Assembly: GCA_045605325.1 (NCBI GenBank)
Contig: JAZUPU010000032.1
Location: 1,506 to 65,505, forward strand
DNA length: 64,000 bases
Direction of reading: 5' to 3'
DNA from: Elusimicrobiaceae bacterium
Lineage (GTDB): Bacteria > Elusimicrobiota > Elusimicrobia > Elusimicrobiales > Elusimicrobiaceae
The translations under genes and the position numbers were made by a program. Below, piece by piece: positions 9,712-18,776 of the stretch (the first letter of the stretch is position 1; each line of letters begins with the position of its first letter). The notes under the pieces were generated by a model that had not been told where the DNA came from, did no database searches, and worked only from the letters and a program-made list of their open reading frames with translations.

Positions 9712-9971
9712 TGCTATAATAAAGTATAAGTTGTAAAAGGAGTTTTAAAATTATGTAGGGTTTAAAACCCTAAAAAATTTAATCTGTTTTTGGCCCGCAA
9801 TGGCGGGATGTTAATAGAAATATTAACGCATATAGATGCCAAGAACAGTCGTTAAGGCACATAATGGTCTGGTTGATCCCCTTACTGTTATGTGCTGAAT
9901 GTTTGTCAGTAGACAAACTACGGCTGTTTTATTTAGGATCATCTATATGCCCAAAATAATCAGCCGTTTTT
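9712..9971 (+). promoter_or_regulatory. Extended -10 promoter plus a roughly 245-nt structured leader RNA with antiterminator/terminator switch (copy A)
   Basis: TGcTATAAT at 9712-9720. Helices 9758-9770, 9794-9807 and 9810-9827 (GAAA loop). P1 is 9828-9840 / 9936-9950 and the junction helix is 9844-9852 / 9920-9928. Hairpins at 9857-9895 and 9901-9918. Terminator cggctg (9921-9926) / cagccg (9961-9966) + T5. Covaries with copy B. Confidence 0.55.
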
Positions 9972-10006
9972 ATATGTAAAAATTTAGGAGGTTTAACATA
10001 ATACCT

Positions 10007-10447
10007 ATGTATAATATTGATGAAAAAATAAAAGATTTTACCGAACTGATTAAACAAAGGCCCGATATAAACGAACTTTATATTGAAAGAGCTAAACTTT
10101 ATTACGCAAAAGGGCAATATAAAAAAGTAGCCGAAGATTTTATAAAATCATTATCAGTTTATTATGACCTTATTGATATAAAAGAAGTATGTGAAAAAAA
10201 TAATCTAATTAAAGAGGCCGAATATTTTTATACCAAAGAAATAAACAAAAATAAAAATGATATTAATGCGTATATGGGCCGTTTGCATTTTTATATACGC
10301 AACGAGCAAATAGAAAAAGCAATTTTAGATTGTAAAGCAATATTAAAACTTTCCCCGAAAGATGAAACTATATTAGCACTTCGTAAAATATTAACCAGCC
10401 GCGAACCGCCTTTAAAAATGCGTAAAGGAGATTGGGTTATACGGTAA
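10007..10447 (+). CDS. TPR-repeat protein
   Basis: 146 aa with TPR-like helical repeats (YIERAKLYYAKGQYKKVAEDF, YMGRLHFYIRNEQIEKAILDCKAIL). The SD AGGAGG lies 15 nt upstream, which is long spacing. Confidence 0.55.
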   Translation: MYNIDEKIKDFTELIKQRPDINELYIERAKLYYAKGQYKKVAEDFIKSLSVYYDLIDIKEVCEKNNLIKEAEYFYTKEINKNKNDINAYMGRLHFYIRNEQIEKAILDCKAILKLSPKDETILALRKILTSREPPLKMRKGDWVIR

Positions 10448-10500
10448 ATTATCAATTATCTGCCCTTTAAAATTCGGCAAGTATTTTAAGAAAAGTTTTT

Positions 10501-10572
10501 ATCCCCCATCCGTCAAGCAAAATGAAAAACATTTTGCTTGCCACCCTCCGCCCGTCCACGACGGGTGAGGGC
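10501..10572 (+). repeat. GC-rich double-hairpin repeat, family 2
   Basis: atcccccatccgtc + hairpin caagcaaaatg/cattttgcttg + hairpin ccctccgcccgtc/gacgggtgaggg. Near-identical to 34097-34167. Confidence 0.6.
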
Positions 10573-10618
10573 AACAAGGAAAGCAAATTTAATAAAGCCA
10601 AATAATGCGCACAATCTG

Positions 10619-10812
10619 TCAAGTATTTTGAGGAAATTTTGATTTTTACTACGACAACATCGGAGAACGAAGCCGAAGCGTTAAAAAACGTCTTCGCATC
10701 GCGCAGTAGATTTAATGGAATTTTCAATTTTTACTTTGACGACGAATACCCAGAAGTATAGGAGCGTAGCGATTTTCGGTATTCTAGGAAATGAAAAATT
10801 GAAAATTACTTA
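10619..10812 (+). repeat. Compound family-1 repeat (two nested or adjacent units)
   Basis: Starts with the canonical terminus caagtattttgaggaaattttgatttttac. An internal module gaagcg..cgcttc/cgcgcagtagatttaatgg is also seen at 28090-28130. A second unit runs ttttcaatttttactttgacgacgaatacc...ggtattctagg...aaaaattgaaaatt. Confidence 0.65.
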
Positions 10813-10867
10813 AATGTACAAGCGCGTTATATGCGTTTGTGAATATAATTCGGCACGTAAACACGTG

Positions 10868-11425
10868 TCAAATCTCGTGGCAGTCGGCGCAGCGGGCTTC
10901 ATAATCATCTGCCCCGCCGACATAAATCCTGCTCTTAACTTTTGCAGTTCTTTGTGTGCGGCGTGCCGGTTTACCGCAAATCACACAACGTGCGGCAAGC
11001 TTTAGAACACTATCGGCAATCGCTAAAAGTTTTGCAGTGCTTCCAAACGGAACCCCCTGATAATCCATATCAAGCCCACAACAAATTACACGTTTACCTT
11101 GTTTTGCTAATGTTAAGGCAACATTTACAATATCTTCAGTAAAAAAATTAACTTCATCAAGGGCAATAACTTCTGTATCTTTTTCAACAAGATTTAGGAT
11201 TTCTTCGGCTTTATCAATGGGGGTTGCATCCATTTTGACTAAATCGTGGGTGGCTATACCTTTACGGGCATAACGTTTATCTAAAGTAGAATTAAAAACT
11301 TGAACTTTTTGTCCGGCGTGACGGGCAACTTCAATACGCCTAATAAGTTCCGTACTTTTGCCGGAAAACATACATCCGCAAACAACTTCAATGCGCCCGT
11401 AAGGGACTTTTGCTTTTGTCATCAT
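10868..11425 (-). CDS. tdk: Thymidine kinase
   Basis: 185 aa. P-loop GCMFSGKSTELIRR and C-terminal zinc ribbon CxxCG...CxxCH. Confidence 0.9.
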   Translation of the reverse strand: MMTKAKVPYGRIEVVCGCMFSGKSTELIRRIEVARHAGQKVQVFNSTLDKRYARKGIATHDLVKMDATPIDKAEEILNLVEKDTEVIALDEVNFFTEDIVNVALTLAKQGKRVICCGLDMDYQGVPFGSTAKLLAIADSVLKLAARCVICGKPARRTQRTAKVKSRIYVGGADDYEARCADCHEI

Positions 11426-11434
11426 AATGCACCT

Positions 11435-13561
11435 CTACATACTTGGCCCTGCGGCCGTATATCCTTCTTGCCAAGGATACCAAAATTCATTTATGCGCTT
11501 TTGCGCTGCTGTTTCTTTCCCTGCAGCACCGCATAGAACATTTATTGCGAAATGGAAGGATAAATTATGCCTTCTATCTCTAACACCTAACATTAAATTG
11601 AAATCGTGAAAGTCCTTATAAAATAAAATATGTTTTGAATATCCGCGAAGTGAAGAATCTTTAACAGCGAAATCAACACCCATATCAGCGCGCCAAGTTT
11701 TATTTTTAGGGGCTATGGCAAATTGCGTAGTAAATAAAAAACTATTACGAGATGTCTTATAATTTGTAACACCTAAAGTAATAAATTTTTGATCCGGATT
11801 ACGCGGATCGCGGAAAGTTGTGTTTAAAACAAATGCTTGATTGCCTGCGGCAAAATCATATAAATTTTGTAAATAAAAATTTGTGCCGGTTTTTTGGTCA
11901 AAGTAGCCGATTTCGGCAAGTAACGGTTCCAATCTGTCGTTAAGATTCCAAGATCTTTTATTTTCGTTTATATTTATACCGCTTGCTACTTTGAAATATA
12001 AATTATTTAACGGCATATAATAGTTTTGGATATAAAAAGCATTTTGTTCTTCACGGTTAAAAATATTTTGATATTCCGCAAATTCATCGGTAACTAAAAC
12101 TTTATCGGTAGTACGGTGTTTATAACGATAGCCGAAATCCAGCATACCTGTCGGTAAATCTGTTCTTAAATTAATTTCCGTTCCGTAACGGCCGACGAAA
12201 TTATCTTTCCGCTGCGAAACAGGGTCTTTAAAACCGATTTCTTGATTATAAAAAACACTTGGCGTTAAAGTCAAAATACGATTTAAGCGGAAACTTTTTG
12301 AACCTTTCCAATCAGCTTTAAAATATTGCAAATAATCATTATGATCAGCAGATTTTTCATTAAATTTTGTGTTGTTAAATGAAAAGTTAAGATTGTTTAC
12401 TATACCGCCGGTTTTGGGCAAAACAAAAGGCGTAAAAGTCCAAGCAATTTCAGGCAAATCGGTTTGATAATTGAGGAAAGTTTTTGTTGATTCATCTAAT
12501 TTGCTGATATCATAATAGCTTATGCGGAAATTGCTAACCCTGCTCTGTCGGGCTAAAGATGTTTGCACCAATTTATCCGGGGAAACTACATAAGGATTAT
12601 TTCTAAAAAAGTCATTATTAAAATCAGGGTCCGATACTGTACGGGTTCTTGTTTGTGCAAAATACATTGCACCGTCTTCGTCATTTAAAGAATTTGAATT
12701 ATCATAAATCTCCCACCAAAAACCACCGTTTACACCCCAACGCTGAGTATTTAAAACCCTATCTTTAATAGTATAAGTTTGAATATTGCCGCGGAATTTA
12801 TTAGGGTCATCATAACCTAAAGTTAAGCCATAACCTATGCCGGCTTTTGTATAATAATCAAGATTACCGGTAGCGGCAAAATCACCTTTGGAATAGACAG
12901 TGGAAGTCAAAATACCAAAGCCCGTATTTCCGCTTTGACCGAAGTTTAAATAAGTTGTAAAAAGATGGTCTTTCTTTAGAGAACGATAAAAATAAGGAAA
13001 ATAAAAAACCGGAATTTTACCAATCCTCGCGACAGCATTGTAACCCGAAACCCTTTGTTCCGGAATAAGTTTTGCTTTTGAAAGTGAAATTGTGTAATGC
13101 GGGGGTTCCATATCACAACAAGTAACCTTTGCGTTTTTTAAAACATATTCATCTTGCCGGCTTGAAAGCTGTTCCGCTGCAATAACTCGTAAAGAACCGT
13201 ATTGCGCTTGGAAATTATCTAAAACAATTTGTTTTTCGGCACTATTATAATTAAATTTTTGTAAAGTAAAAGTACCGTCATTATTTTGAATTGTTACAGG
13301 TGAATTTGATTTTATATTCTTTTCTTTTGGGTAAACTTCAAATTCTTGACCTAAAACCGCATAGTCCTGCCCGTCTTTTTGCAAATTTATACGGGCATTA
13401 CCCACTAATTTAGCTACACCCGTAATATTATTATAATTAACTTCATCGGCAGAAAAATAAATAAAATCTTGTTTATCAGGTGTAGGTAAACCTGAACTTT
13501 GGCAAAAAGCAAAAGTATTAAAAAACAAATAAAAAGATAAAAATAAAAATTTATATTTCAT
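11435..13561 (-). CDS. LptD/OstA-like outer-membrane beta-barrel protein
   Basis: 708 aa with a signal peptide, an N-terminal OstA-like beta-jellyroll region and an aromatic-rich alternating beta-strand C-terminus. Assigned from size and composition only. Confidence 0.5.
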   Translation of the reverse strand: MKYKFLFLSFYLFFNTFAFCQSSGLPTPDKQDFIYFSADEVNYNNITGVAKLVGNARINLQKDGQDYAVLGQEFEVYPKEKNIKSNSPVTIQNNDGTFTLQKFNYNSAEKQIVLDNFQAQYGSLRVIAAEQLSSRQDEYVLKNAKVTCCDMEPPHYTISLSKAKLIPEQRVSGYNAVARIGKIPVFYFPYFYRSLKKDHLFTTYLNFGQSGNTGFGILTSTVYSKGDFAATGNLDYYTKAGIGYGLTLGYDDPNKFRGNIQTYTIKDRVLNTQRWGVNGGFWWEIYDNSNSLNDEDGAMYFAQTRTRTVSDPDFNNDFFRNNPYVVSPDKLVQTSLARQSRVSNFRISYYDISKLDESTKTFLNYQTDLPEIAWTFTPFVLPKTGGIVNNLNFSFNNTKFNEKSADHNDYLQYFKADWKGSKSFRLNRILTLTPSVFYNQEIGFKDPVSQRKDNFVGRYGTEINLRTDLPTGMLDFGYRYKHRTTDKVLVTDEFAEYQNIFNREEQNAFYIQNYYMPLNNLYFKVASGININENKRSWNLNDRLEPLLAEIGYFDQKTGTNFYLQNLYDFAAGNQAFVLNTTFRDPRNPDQKFITLGVTNYKTSRNSFLFTTQFAIAPKNKTWRADMGVDFAVKDSSLRGYSKHILFYKDFHDFNLMLGVRDRRHNLSFHFAINVLCGAAGKETAAQKRINEFWYPWQEGYTAAGPSM

Positions 13562-14501
13562 TTTCTAAACTCAAAGCATATAAAGCTGCACCCAAAGCAC
13601 CGATATCTTTTGTTTTTGAAATTAAAATTTTGACATTTTTAAACGGCTCTTTAATTTTTTGTTCTTTTAAAATTTGTTTTAAAGAAGGCATAAAATATTT
13701 TGCCCCACCTGAAACACCTCCGCTGAAAACTATTGCTTCGGGGTTAAAACTTAAAACTAAATCAGACAAACCGATCCCTAAATATTTACCGAAATATTGC
13801 CAAATTAAAAGGGCTGATTTATCTTTTGCTTTAGCAGCTACTGATAAAATTTTTACTGAAAATTTTTCTTTTTTAAGTAATTTCGCAAGTTTGCTTTTTG
13901 GGTTTTCTTTGACAAATTTAAATGTTAATTTTTTTAAATTATTTGTACCTATATAACTTTCCAAACAACCACGCGCACCGCAACCGCAAAGATTTCCTGT
14001 TTTAGTATCAGCCACTTTTATATGACCGAATTCCCCTGCAGTCCCTGTTGCACCCTGACATAATTGACCGTCAATAATTATACCGCCGCCGATACCTGTA
14101 CCTAAAGTTAAAACCAAAATATTTTTAAATTTACTTTTAAGATCTTTTTTATACACACCGAAAGCAGCCATATTAGCATCATTTGAAACAAAACATTCAC
14201 AATTTGTTAATTTTTTTAGACCGTCAGCTATTTTTAAATTAGCCCAAGGTATATTCGGTGCAAAGCGCAAAATACCTTTTTTGTTATCGGTATCACCGGC
14301 AATGCCTACACCGATAACCGCTTTTTTAACTTTCAATTTTTTTTGCCACTCTTTTATAATATCTGCTAAAAATTTTAAAAATTCTTTATTTGATAAATGA
14401 ACAGGTGTTTTAAATTTTTCATTTTTCAAAACTTTGCCTTGCTCATTTACTGCAAGTATTTTAACGAAAGTACCGCCGATATCTATACCAAAACTTATCA
14501 T
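13551..14501 (-). CDS. glk: ROK-family glucokinase
   Basis: GIDIGGT ATP-binding motif and ROK signature CGCGARGCLE. The start is moved to the ATG at 14501, which forms an ATGA overlap with the xerC stop and has a GGGGGG SD. The ORF track gives 14534. Confidence 0.8.
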   Translation of the reverse strand: MISFGIDIGGTFVKILAVNEQGKVLKNEKFKTPVHLSNKEFLKFLADIIKEWQKKLKVKKAVIGVGIAGDTDNKKGILRFAPNIPWANLKIADGLKKLTNCECFVSNDANMAAFGVYKKDLKSKFKNILVLTLGTGIGGGIIIDGQLCQGATGTAGEFGHIKVADTKTGNLCGCGARGCLESYIGTNNLKKLTFKFVKENPKSKLAKLLKKEKFSVKILSVAAKAKDKSALLIWQYFGKYLGIGLSDLVLSFNPEAIVFSGGVSGGAKYFMPSLKQILKEQKIKEPFKNVKILISKTKDIGALGAALYALSLENEI

Positions 14502-15385
14502 ATTTGCCCCCCATTTTTGCTTTTTGGATGGCAATGATTGTAAACTTTTTTAAGGCGGTCAAGTGAAACATGTGTATAGACCTGTGTTGCACTTAAACTT
14601 TTGTGGCCCAGCATTTCTTGCAAGGTCTTTAAATCACAACCGTTATTTAATAAATGTGTCGCAAAAGTATGACGCAAACTATGCGGAGTAATGTGCCTGA
14701 CAAGTTTTGTATTAATTGCGCTTTGTTTAATAATTTTTCTTATACCTTCACCGCTGATACGACGGTTATAACTGCTTAAAAATAAAGGGTCAGACGGCAA
14801 ATATTTAGGCCGCGTGAGAAGATAATTTTGTATACTATCAAGCGCAATATATGTTATTGGGACAATGCGTTCTTTTGAACCTTTACCCAAAACTTTTGCA
14901 TAGCCCTGTTCAAAATTTATATCGCAAACATTTAAACCGGTAAGCTCACTGCGACGAAGGCCGCTTGAATATAAAAGTTCCAAAATTGCTTTATTTCTTA
15001 AAGCATATAATTTACTTGGTTGTGCTTCCATTAAATTTGACGCCTCTTCTTGCGTTAAAAATTTAGGAAGTAATTTTTCGCGTTTCGGTGCATCAAAAAG
15101 TTTAAAAGGATTTAATTTTATTAAATTGCGCGTTTCCAAGAATTTAGCGAAACTTCTTAAAGAACTTATTTTGCGGAGCATAGTATTACGCTTAATTTGC
15201 GCAGAATTTTCCATAGCTAAATAAGAGCGGATATTTCTAATATTAAAGTCCTTAATTTGTGTTAAATTATTTTTTGCAAAAAAAGTGTATGCGTCCTCTA
15301 AATCCTTAGTATAAGCCCTTAAGGTATGCGGGGACATATTACGCACTTTCAAACTTTGCAAAAAATTATTTATTTGATTCTGCAT
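14498..15385 (-). CDS. xerC: Tyrosine recombinase XerC/XerD family
   Basis: 295 aa. Catalytic region HSLRHTFATHLL ... GHKSLSATQVYTHV. Conserved dprA-topA-xerC neighbourhood. Confidence 0.85.
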   Translation of the reverse strand: MQNQINNFLQSLKVRNMSPHTLRAYTKDLEDAYTFFAKNNLTQIKDFNIRNIRSYLAMENSAQIKRNTMLRKISSLRSFAKFLETRNLIKLNPFKLFDAPKREKLLPKFLTQEEASNLMEAQPSKLYALRNKAILELLYSSGLRRSELTGLNVCDINFEQGYAKVLGKGSKERIVPITYIALDSIQNYLLTRPKYLPSDPLFLSSYNRRISGEGIRKIIKQSAINTKLVRHITPHSLRHTFATHLLNNGCDLKTLQEMLGHKSLSATQVYTHVSLDRLKKVYNHCHPKSKNGGQI

Positions 15386-17639
15386 TTTTTGCTTCTATTT
15401 CTTTAATTTCTTCCGGCGTAACTTGAATAATTGTTTTGCATTTCGGGTAACCGGAACATCCTAAAAATGAACCGCGTGCGGAGTGCCTAAGCAACATTGC
15501 TTTCCCGCAATTAGGGCATTTTTTACCGGAGTCCAAAGCTACTTTTGCGGCAACTTTTTTACCTTCGGAATCAATAGAATAAGTATTTTTACATTTCGGG
15601 TACGCCGAGCAAGCCATAAATTGCCCGCGGCGACCTGTTCTTATTACCATCGGCGCACCGCATTTATCACAAACTTCATTTGTTTGCTGAACAGGCGCAG
15701 CAGTTGTTGCATTTAAATTTCTTTTACCTTTACAATTAGGATAATCGGAACAAACTAAATACTCGCCATATCTGCTATGTTTTAATAACATTGGTTTTTG
15801 ACAAATCGGGCACTTTTCATCTGTTTTAACAGGGCCGGAATTCATATTCTGCGAAGCATTTTTTAAATCGCGTGAAAACCCTGTATAAAAATCAGATAAA
15901 ACCGTTACCCATTTTTTATTACCTTCGGCGATATCGTCAAGTTTTTCTTCAACGCCTGCCGTATAAGAAAGGTCCATAATATCCTTAAAAAATTCCTTTA
16001 AATGTTCTGTAACCCTTATACCTAAAGGCGTTGCCGTAAGCTTTGTGGATTTCGGTAATTTTTCAATATACTTCCTATCTATAATTGTTTTAATCGTTGG
16101 TGCATAAGTGGATGGGCGACCGATACCGTGCTTTTCCAATGTCTTGATTAAACTTGCTTCATTATAATTCGGTGGTGGTGCGGTTTTGTGGTCTTTGGTT
16201 TCAATATCAACTAAAGTAAGTTTATCACCTTCCTCCAAAGCCGGTAATAATGCTGTGGAAGATTCTTCTTTCTCATTTTCTTCCGGTTCTTCATCTTTAT
16301 ATACAGAGAGGTACCCTTCAAATTTAACTGTTCTGCCGCTTGCACGGAGTAAACACTTTTCTTTACTACCTGCGGAGATATCAATACTTACAGTATTAAA
16401 TATTGCATCTGCCATTTGTGAAGCAACAAAACGAAGCCAAATAAGTTCATACAATTTATATTGGTCCGCCGTCAAAGAATTTTTTATGCTTTGCGGTGTT
16501 TTAAAAACATCAGTTGGGTGTATTGCCTCGTGTGCTTCTTGCGCACCTTTTACTTTGCCTTTATAAACAGGTGCTTTTGCAGGTGCAAATTCCGGACCGT
16601 ATTTTTCTTTAATAAATTTATTTGTTTGTGTTTGAAGAAGTTTGGAAACATTGAAAGAGTCCGTTCTCATATAAGTAATTAAACCTACATTTTTACCGCC
16701 GATTTCCACACCTTCGTATAAAGATTGTGCTGTTTGCATTGTTTTTTGAGGTGAAAACCCAAGTTTATTATAAGCATCTTGTTGTAAAGTACTTGTAATA
16801 AAAGGAGGTTTGGGATGCTGTTTAACTTCCTTCTTTTCAACTTTTTCTACTGTTAAAGGACCTTCCCTTAAAGATGCGTTAACAACTGCTAAACTTTCAT
16901 TAGTATCAAAAACGGTTGATTTAACTTTATAGTCCTCGGCAAAAAGTTTATATGTAGTTGTATTTTCTACATTTTTACCTTGCCATTTTAAAACACGCGC
17001 AAAAAATTGTGGCTTTGAATCTTTCTTTTCAAGTTTAGCGCGCAAAGTCCAATATACTTTACTTTTAAAATCGGCAATTTCTTTTGCTCTTTCCGCAAGC
17101 AAGCGAACTGCCACTGACTGTACACGCCCTGCACTTAAACCGCTAGTAATTTTACGCCATAAAATCGGTGATATTTTATAACCTACAAGACGATCCAAAA
17201 CACGGCGAGCTTGTTGTGCATCAACTAAATTATGGTCTATGGCACGGGCATTATCAAAACTTTCTTTAATAGCGGTATCAGTAATTTCGTGAAAGAAAAT
17301 ACGGCGTGTATTTTCCGGTTTAAGTTTTAAAAGTTGCTCAAGATGCCAAGCAATAGCTTCACCTTCACGGTCAGGGTCAGTAGCAAGGTAAACAATAGAT
17401 GCTTTTTTAACTGCATCTTTTAATTCTGCAATAATTTTTGGTTTACCGCTGACCACATAAGTTGGTTTAAAATCATGTTGTTCATCAACACCGATTTCTT
17501 TTGAGGGCAAATCTCTTACATGTCCGAAAGAACTTTTAACAATATAATTAGGCCCTAAAATTTTGCCGATAGTGCGTTGTTTTGTGGGGGACTCCACAAT
17601 AACAAGGGCTTTGCCTGTTGTAGATTTTTGTACTGTCAT
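15366..17639 (-). CDS. topA: DNA topoisomerase I
   Basis: 757 aa. TOPRIM domain (LVIVESPTKQ, ATDPDREGE), active-site region YMRTDS, and four C-terminal C4 zinc ribbons. Confidence 0.95.
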   Translation of the reverse strand: MTVQKSTTGKALVIVESPTKQRTIGKILGPNYIVKSSFGHVRDLPSKEIGVDEQHDFKPTYVVSGKPKIIAELKDAVKKASIVYLATDPDREGEAIAWHLEQLLKLKPENTRRIFFHEITDTAIKESFDNARAIDHNLVDAQQARRVLDRLVGYKISPILWRKITSGLSAGRVQSVAVRLLAERAKEIADFKSKVYWTLRAKLEKKDSKPQFFARVLKWQGKNVENTTTYKLFAEDYKVKSTVFDTNESLAVVNASLREGPLTVEKVEKKEVKQHPKPPFITSTLQQDAYNKLGFSPQKTMQTAQSLYEGVEIGGKNVGLITYMRTDSFNVSKLLQTQTNKFIKEKYGPEFAPAKAPVYKGKVKGAQEAHEAIHPTDVFKTPQSIKNSLTADQYKLYELIWLRFVASQMADAIFNTVSIDISAGSKEKCLLRASGRTVKFEGYLSVYKDEEPEENEKEESSTALLPALEEGDKLTLVDIETKDHKTAPPPNYNEASLIKTLEKHGIGRPSTYAPTIKTIIDRKYIEKLPKSTKLTATPLGIRVTEHLKEFFKDIMDLSYTAGVEEKLDDIAEGNKKWVTVLSDFYTGFSRDLKNASQNMNSGPVKTDEKCPICQKPMLLKHSRYGEYLVCSDYPNCKGKRNLNATTAAPVQQTNEVCDKCGAPMVIRTGRRGQFMACSAYPKCKNTYSIDSEGKKVAAKVALDSGKKCPNCGKAMLLRHSARGSFLGCSGYPKCKTIIQVTPEEIKEIEAKNAESNK

Positions 17640-17663
17640 TTCACACCTCTAAATTTAATAAAT

Positions 17664-18776
17664 CTAAATTTTTGCTTTTGAATATTTACCGTCTTCACAT
17701 CTTAAATAACCGCTTACTTCCAGCGAAAATAAAACGGTTGATAAACTCGGAACATCCATATTTAATTTTACGGACAATTCATCTATTGTACTTTCCCCCG
17801 CACCGATAGCTTCAATAATTTTAGATTCTTCAGGGGATAAATCTGAAATTTCTTCTTTTTCTTTATAAATTTCTTTTGTTTGTAAATTGCTTTTTATATT
17901 AACCGGCAGAGCGTCAATAATATCCCTTGCATCCAAACAAATGCCGGCACCCTCTTTAATAAGTTTATTTGGACCGCCGCTTGTGGGCGAATCTATCGGG
18001 CCGGGAACAGCAAAAACATCAAGCCCTTGCTCTAATGCCATTTTTGCGGTTATTAATGCGCCGGACTTAACTTCCCCCTCAACAATCAATGCAACTCTTG
18101 AAAGGGCGGCAATAAGGCGGTTCCTTCTTGGAAAATGCTGGGCAAGCGGCGCGGTAGCAAAAGGATATTCCGAAATTATTGCACCGCCGCTTTCAATAAT
18201 ACCTAAAGCAAGTTCTTTATTTTCCGCCGGATAACAACGCCCGATACCTGTACCGATTAAAGCCCAAGTCGGTTTTTTGCGTTTTACTGCCTCGGCATGA
18301 GCGACACTATCAACACCCCTTGCAAGACCGCTGACTATAATTATGCCGGCATCAGCTAAATCCCCTGCAAGTTTAATGGTTGCACGTCTGCCGTAAGGGG
18401 TAATTTTGCGTGTACCGACAATGGCAACCGTGGGTGCTAATTGTGTATTTAATTCCCCGCGAACATAAATAACTAAAGGAGGTTCTTTAATATCTAAAAA
18501 TTCTTGAGGGTAACCTTCTTCCCCTTTAATATAAATATGCCCACCCACTTTTGCGGTTTCTTCAATTTCCTTTTCCGCATCTAATTCTAAAGCGGATTTT
18601 AAAAAATATTCCGCAGTTTCAATGGAAATTTTACCTTCTTCACTTAATGTTTGCGGAGTTTGTTTTAAAATTTCTTCACCGCTGCCGAAAATTTCCAATA
18701 AACGCTCAAGCCAATCAGTCCTTAAATAACTAAAGGCGTTAATTTTAATTAATGCTAACTTTTCTTCAGGTTTCAT
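17664..18776 (-). CDS. dprA: DNA-processing protein DprA (Smf)
   Basis: 370 aa. Rossmann-fold motif VSGLARGVDSVAHAEA and a C-terminal winged-helix region. Confidence 0.9.
   Translation of the reverse strand: MKPEEKLALIKINAFSYLRTDWLERLLEIFGSGEEILKQTPQTLSEEGKISIETAEYFLKSALELDAEKEIEETAKVGGHIYIKGEEGYPQEFLDIKEPPLVIYVRGELNTQLAPTVAIVGTRKITPYGRRATIKLAGDLADAGIIIVSGLARGVDSVAHAEAVKRKKPTWALIGTGIGRCYPAENKELALGIIESGGAIISEYPFATAPLAQHFPRRNRLIAALSRVALIVEGEVKSGALITAKMALEQGLDVFAVPGPIDSPTSGGPNKLIKEGAGICLDARDIIDALPVNIKSNLQTKEIYKEKEEISDLSPEESKIIEAIGAGESTIDELSVKLNMDVPSLSTVLFSLEVSGYLRCEDGKYSKAKI

Noticed and set aside
9712-9971. Assigning the structured leaders to a known riboswitch class (c-di-GMP I/II because of the pilin cargo, T-box, purine, TPP, SAM, FMN, glycine, lysine, ykkC, c-di-AMP)
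   Set aside because: None of the conserved core sequences I can recall is present, for example GGCAAACC/ACGCAAAGC, the T-box GGUGGUACCGCG or CUGAGA. The element is left unclassified rather than named.
14498-15385. xerC as a marker of an integrated mobile element
   Set aside because: It sits in the conserved housekeeping dprA-topA-xerC context, overlapping its neighbours. There are no att-like repeats, tRNA target or cargo genes.
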